This document shows, piece after piece, positions 62,386 through 64,000 of a DNA stretch of 64,000 nucleotides. The DNA is from Octopus sinensis. Its lineage: Eukaryota. The stretch spans positions 36,580,001 to 36,644,000 of the forward strand of contig NC_042999.1 of the NCBI RefSeq assembly GCF_006345805.1, given 5' to 3'. The notes under the pieces were generated by a model. That model was not told the DNA's origin. It worked only from the letters and a program-made list of their open reading frames with translations, and made no database searches. Both the position numbers and the translations under genes were made by a program. Position 1 is the first letter of the stretch. Each line of letters begins with the position of its first letter.

Positions 62386-62796
62386 GGCATAGGAGTGGCT
62401 GTGTGGTAAGTAGCTTGCTTACGAACTACATGGTTCCAGGTTCAGTCCCACTGCATGGCACCTTGGGCAAGTGTCTTCTACTATAACCTCAGGCCGACCA
62501 AAGCTTTGTGAGTGGATTTGGTAGACGGAAGCTGAAAGAAGCCCATGGTATATATGTATATATATATGTGTGTGTATGTGTATATGTTTGTGTGTCTGTG
62601 TTTGTCCCTCCCCCCCCAACATCACTTGAGAACCGATTTTGATGTGTTTACATCCCCGTAACTTAGCTGTTCGGCAAAAAGAGACTGATAGACTAAGTAC
62701 TAGGCTTACAAAGAATAGGTCCCGGGGTCAATTTGCTCGACTAAAAGGCGGTACTCCAGCATGGCCACAGTCAAATGACTGAAACAAGTAAAAGAG
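62386..62796 (+). mobile_element. tRNA-derived SINE, full length
   Basis: A and B boxes, CORE-like segment, tail gactgaaacaagtaaaagag. Confidence 0.9.
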
Positions 62797-63022
62797 TTGT
62801 ACATTAGCTCTCTTCCTCCATCAAATCGACATAGTCTGTACAAGTGCACTGAGCGCCACATGTCAAATGTCAAAGTGATCACAGAGTAAAATGAAATGAA
62901 ATGTTTTGGTCAAGAACCCAATGCATTGCTTGATCCAGGGATCAGAAGCATGATCTTGCAATCATGAATGCAACATATTGACCACATGCCCTTCTCCCCA
63001 CACATCATCTGACATATATATA

Positions 63023-63427
63023 CTCTTTACTCTTTTACTTGTTTTCAGTCATTTGACTGCGGCCATGCTGGAGCACCGCCTTTAATCGAGCAACTCAACC
63101 CCGGGACTTATTCTTTGTAAGCCCAGTACTTATTCTATCGGTCTCTTTTGCCGAACCGCTAAGTGACGGGGACATAAACACACCAGCATCGGTTGTCAAG
63201 CAATGCTAGGGGGACAAACACAGACACACAAACATACATGCACACATATATATATACATATATACGATGGGCTTCTTTCAGTTTCCGTCTACCAAATCCA
63301 CTCACAAGGCTTTGGTCGGCCCGGGGCTATAGCAGAAGACACTTGCCCAAGGTGCCACGCAGTGGGACTGAACCCAGAACCATGTGGTTGGTAAGCAAGC
63401 TACTCACCACACAGCCACTCCTGCGCC
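63023..63427 (-). mobile_element. tRNA-derived SINE, full length (inverted relative to 62386-62796)
   Basis: Reverse complement of the same family. Confidence 0.9.
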
Positions 63428-63589
63428 TATGCCATATGTCTTTCTTTATATATACTGTAAGATGTGATATGCATGTCATATGACATGCTGTATGACATAC
63501 ATGCATGTGATTGATATACTGCCTGATTTATATACTTATAGGACTTAGATTATATATTCTGAGCTTTATTAGATAATAATACTTGTGAG

Positions 63590-63910
63590 CATGATGACTA
63601 GTAATGGTGATGATAATGGAGGTGTTGGTGGTGGAAATAGTTGTGGTGGGAGTGATAAGGATGACACTCATAGTGGAAGTTGTAGACTGGTGATAATGAT
63701 AGTGATAGTGGAAGTGGTGGTGGTGTTGATGATATGATTATGATGATGATAGTGACATGGTGGTGCTTGTGGTGTAATCTTGATGGTGAGAGTGGTGATG
63801 GCGATCATCATCATGATAGTAGTGGTGAGGGGAGTGTGTTGACGGTGGTGGTGGTGGTGGTAATGATTATCGTGATTATGATGGTGGTGATGACAATGGT
63901 AATAGTGGAT
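63590..63910. repeat. Degenerate (GAT/GGT)n trinucleotide repeat
   Basis: Directly visible; produces H/T- or M/V-rich spurious ORFs. Confidence 0.9.
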
Positions 63911-64000
63911 CCCTGAGATGGTGGCACGTAAAAGCACCATCTGAACATGGCCGATGCCAGCGCCGCCTAGACTGGCTTCCGTGCCGGTGGCACGTAAAAT

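Noticed and set aside
59949-64000. Next furin exon (HGTRCAGE)
   Set aside because: Not seen in any frame; it is probably downstream of the window.

Overview
AT-rich eukaryotic genomic DNA, most likely an octopus or other coleoid cephalopod. This is an inference from the repeat landscape and a mollusc-like furin, not a database match. The window lies inside one + strand host gene, a furin-type proprotein convertase. Four small coding exons (26629-26733, 36162-36260, 45239-45373, 59872-59948; 416 nt in total) splice in frame across about 33 kb. They encode the propeptide, the RRTKR activation site and the start of the subtilase domain with the catalytic Asp. The signal-peptide exon and the HGTRC (catalytic His) exon were not found and probably lie outside the window. 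Everything else is intron packed with mobile DNA: a near full-length RTE LINE (45787-49550, -) with many truncated RTE 3' ends, a Penelope-like element (RT + GIY-YIG) with ~730-bp inverted pseudo-LTRs (10129-14001), tRNA-derived SINEs, RLE-type LINE relics, a mariner relic, hAT/piggyBac/Tc1-type MITEs, non-autonomous Helitrons and long TA/CA microsatellites. Three observations stand out. First, several minimal type-I hammerhead ribozyme motifs from Penelope-type termini can be read directly, one of them inside a perfect 95-bp palindrome. Second, most frameshifts in the two large retroelements sit in homopolymer runs, so they may be assembly errors in young elements. Third, many foldback structures lie close to the furin exons. 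Coordinates were counted by hand; repeat boundaries are approximate.
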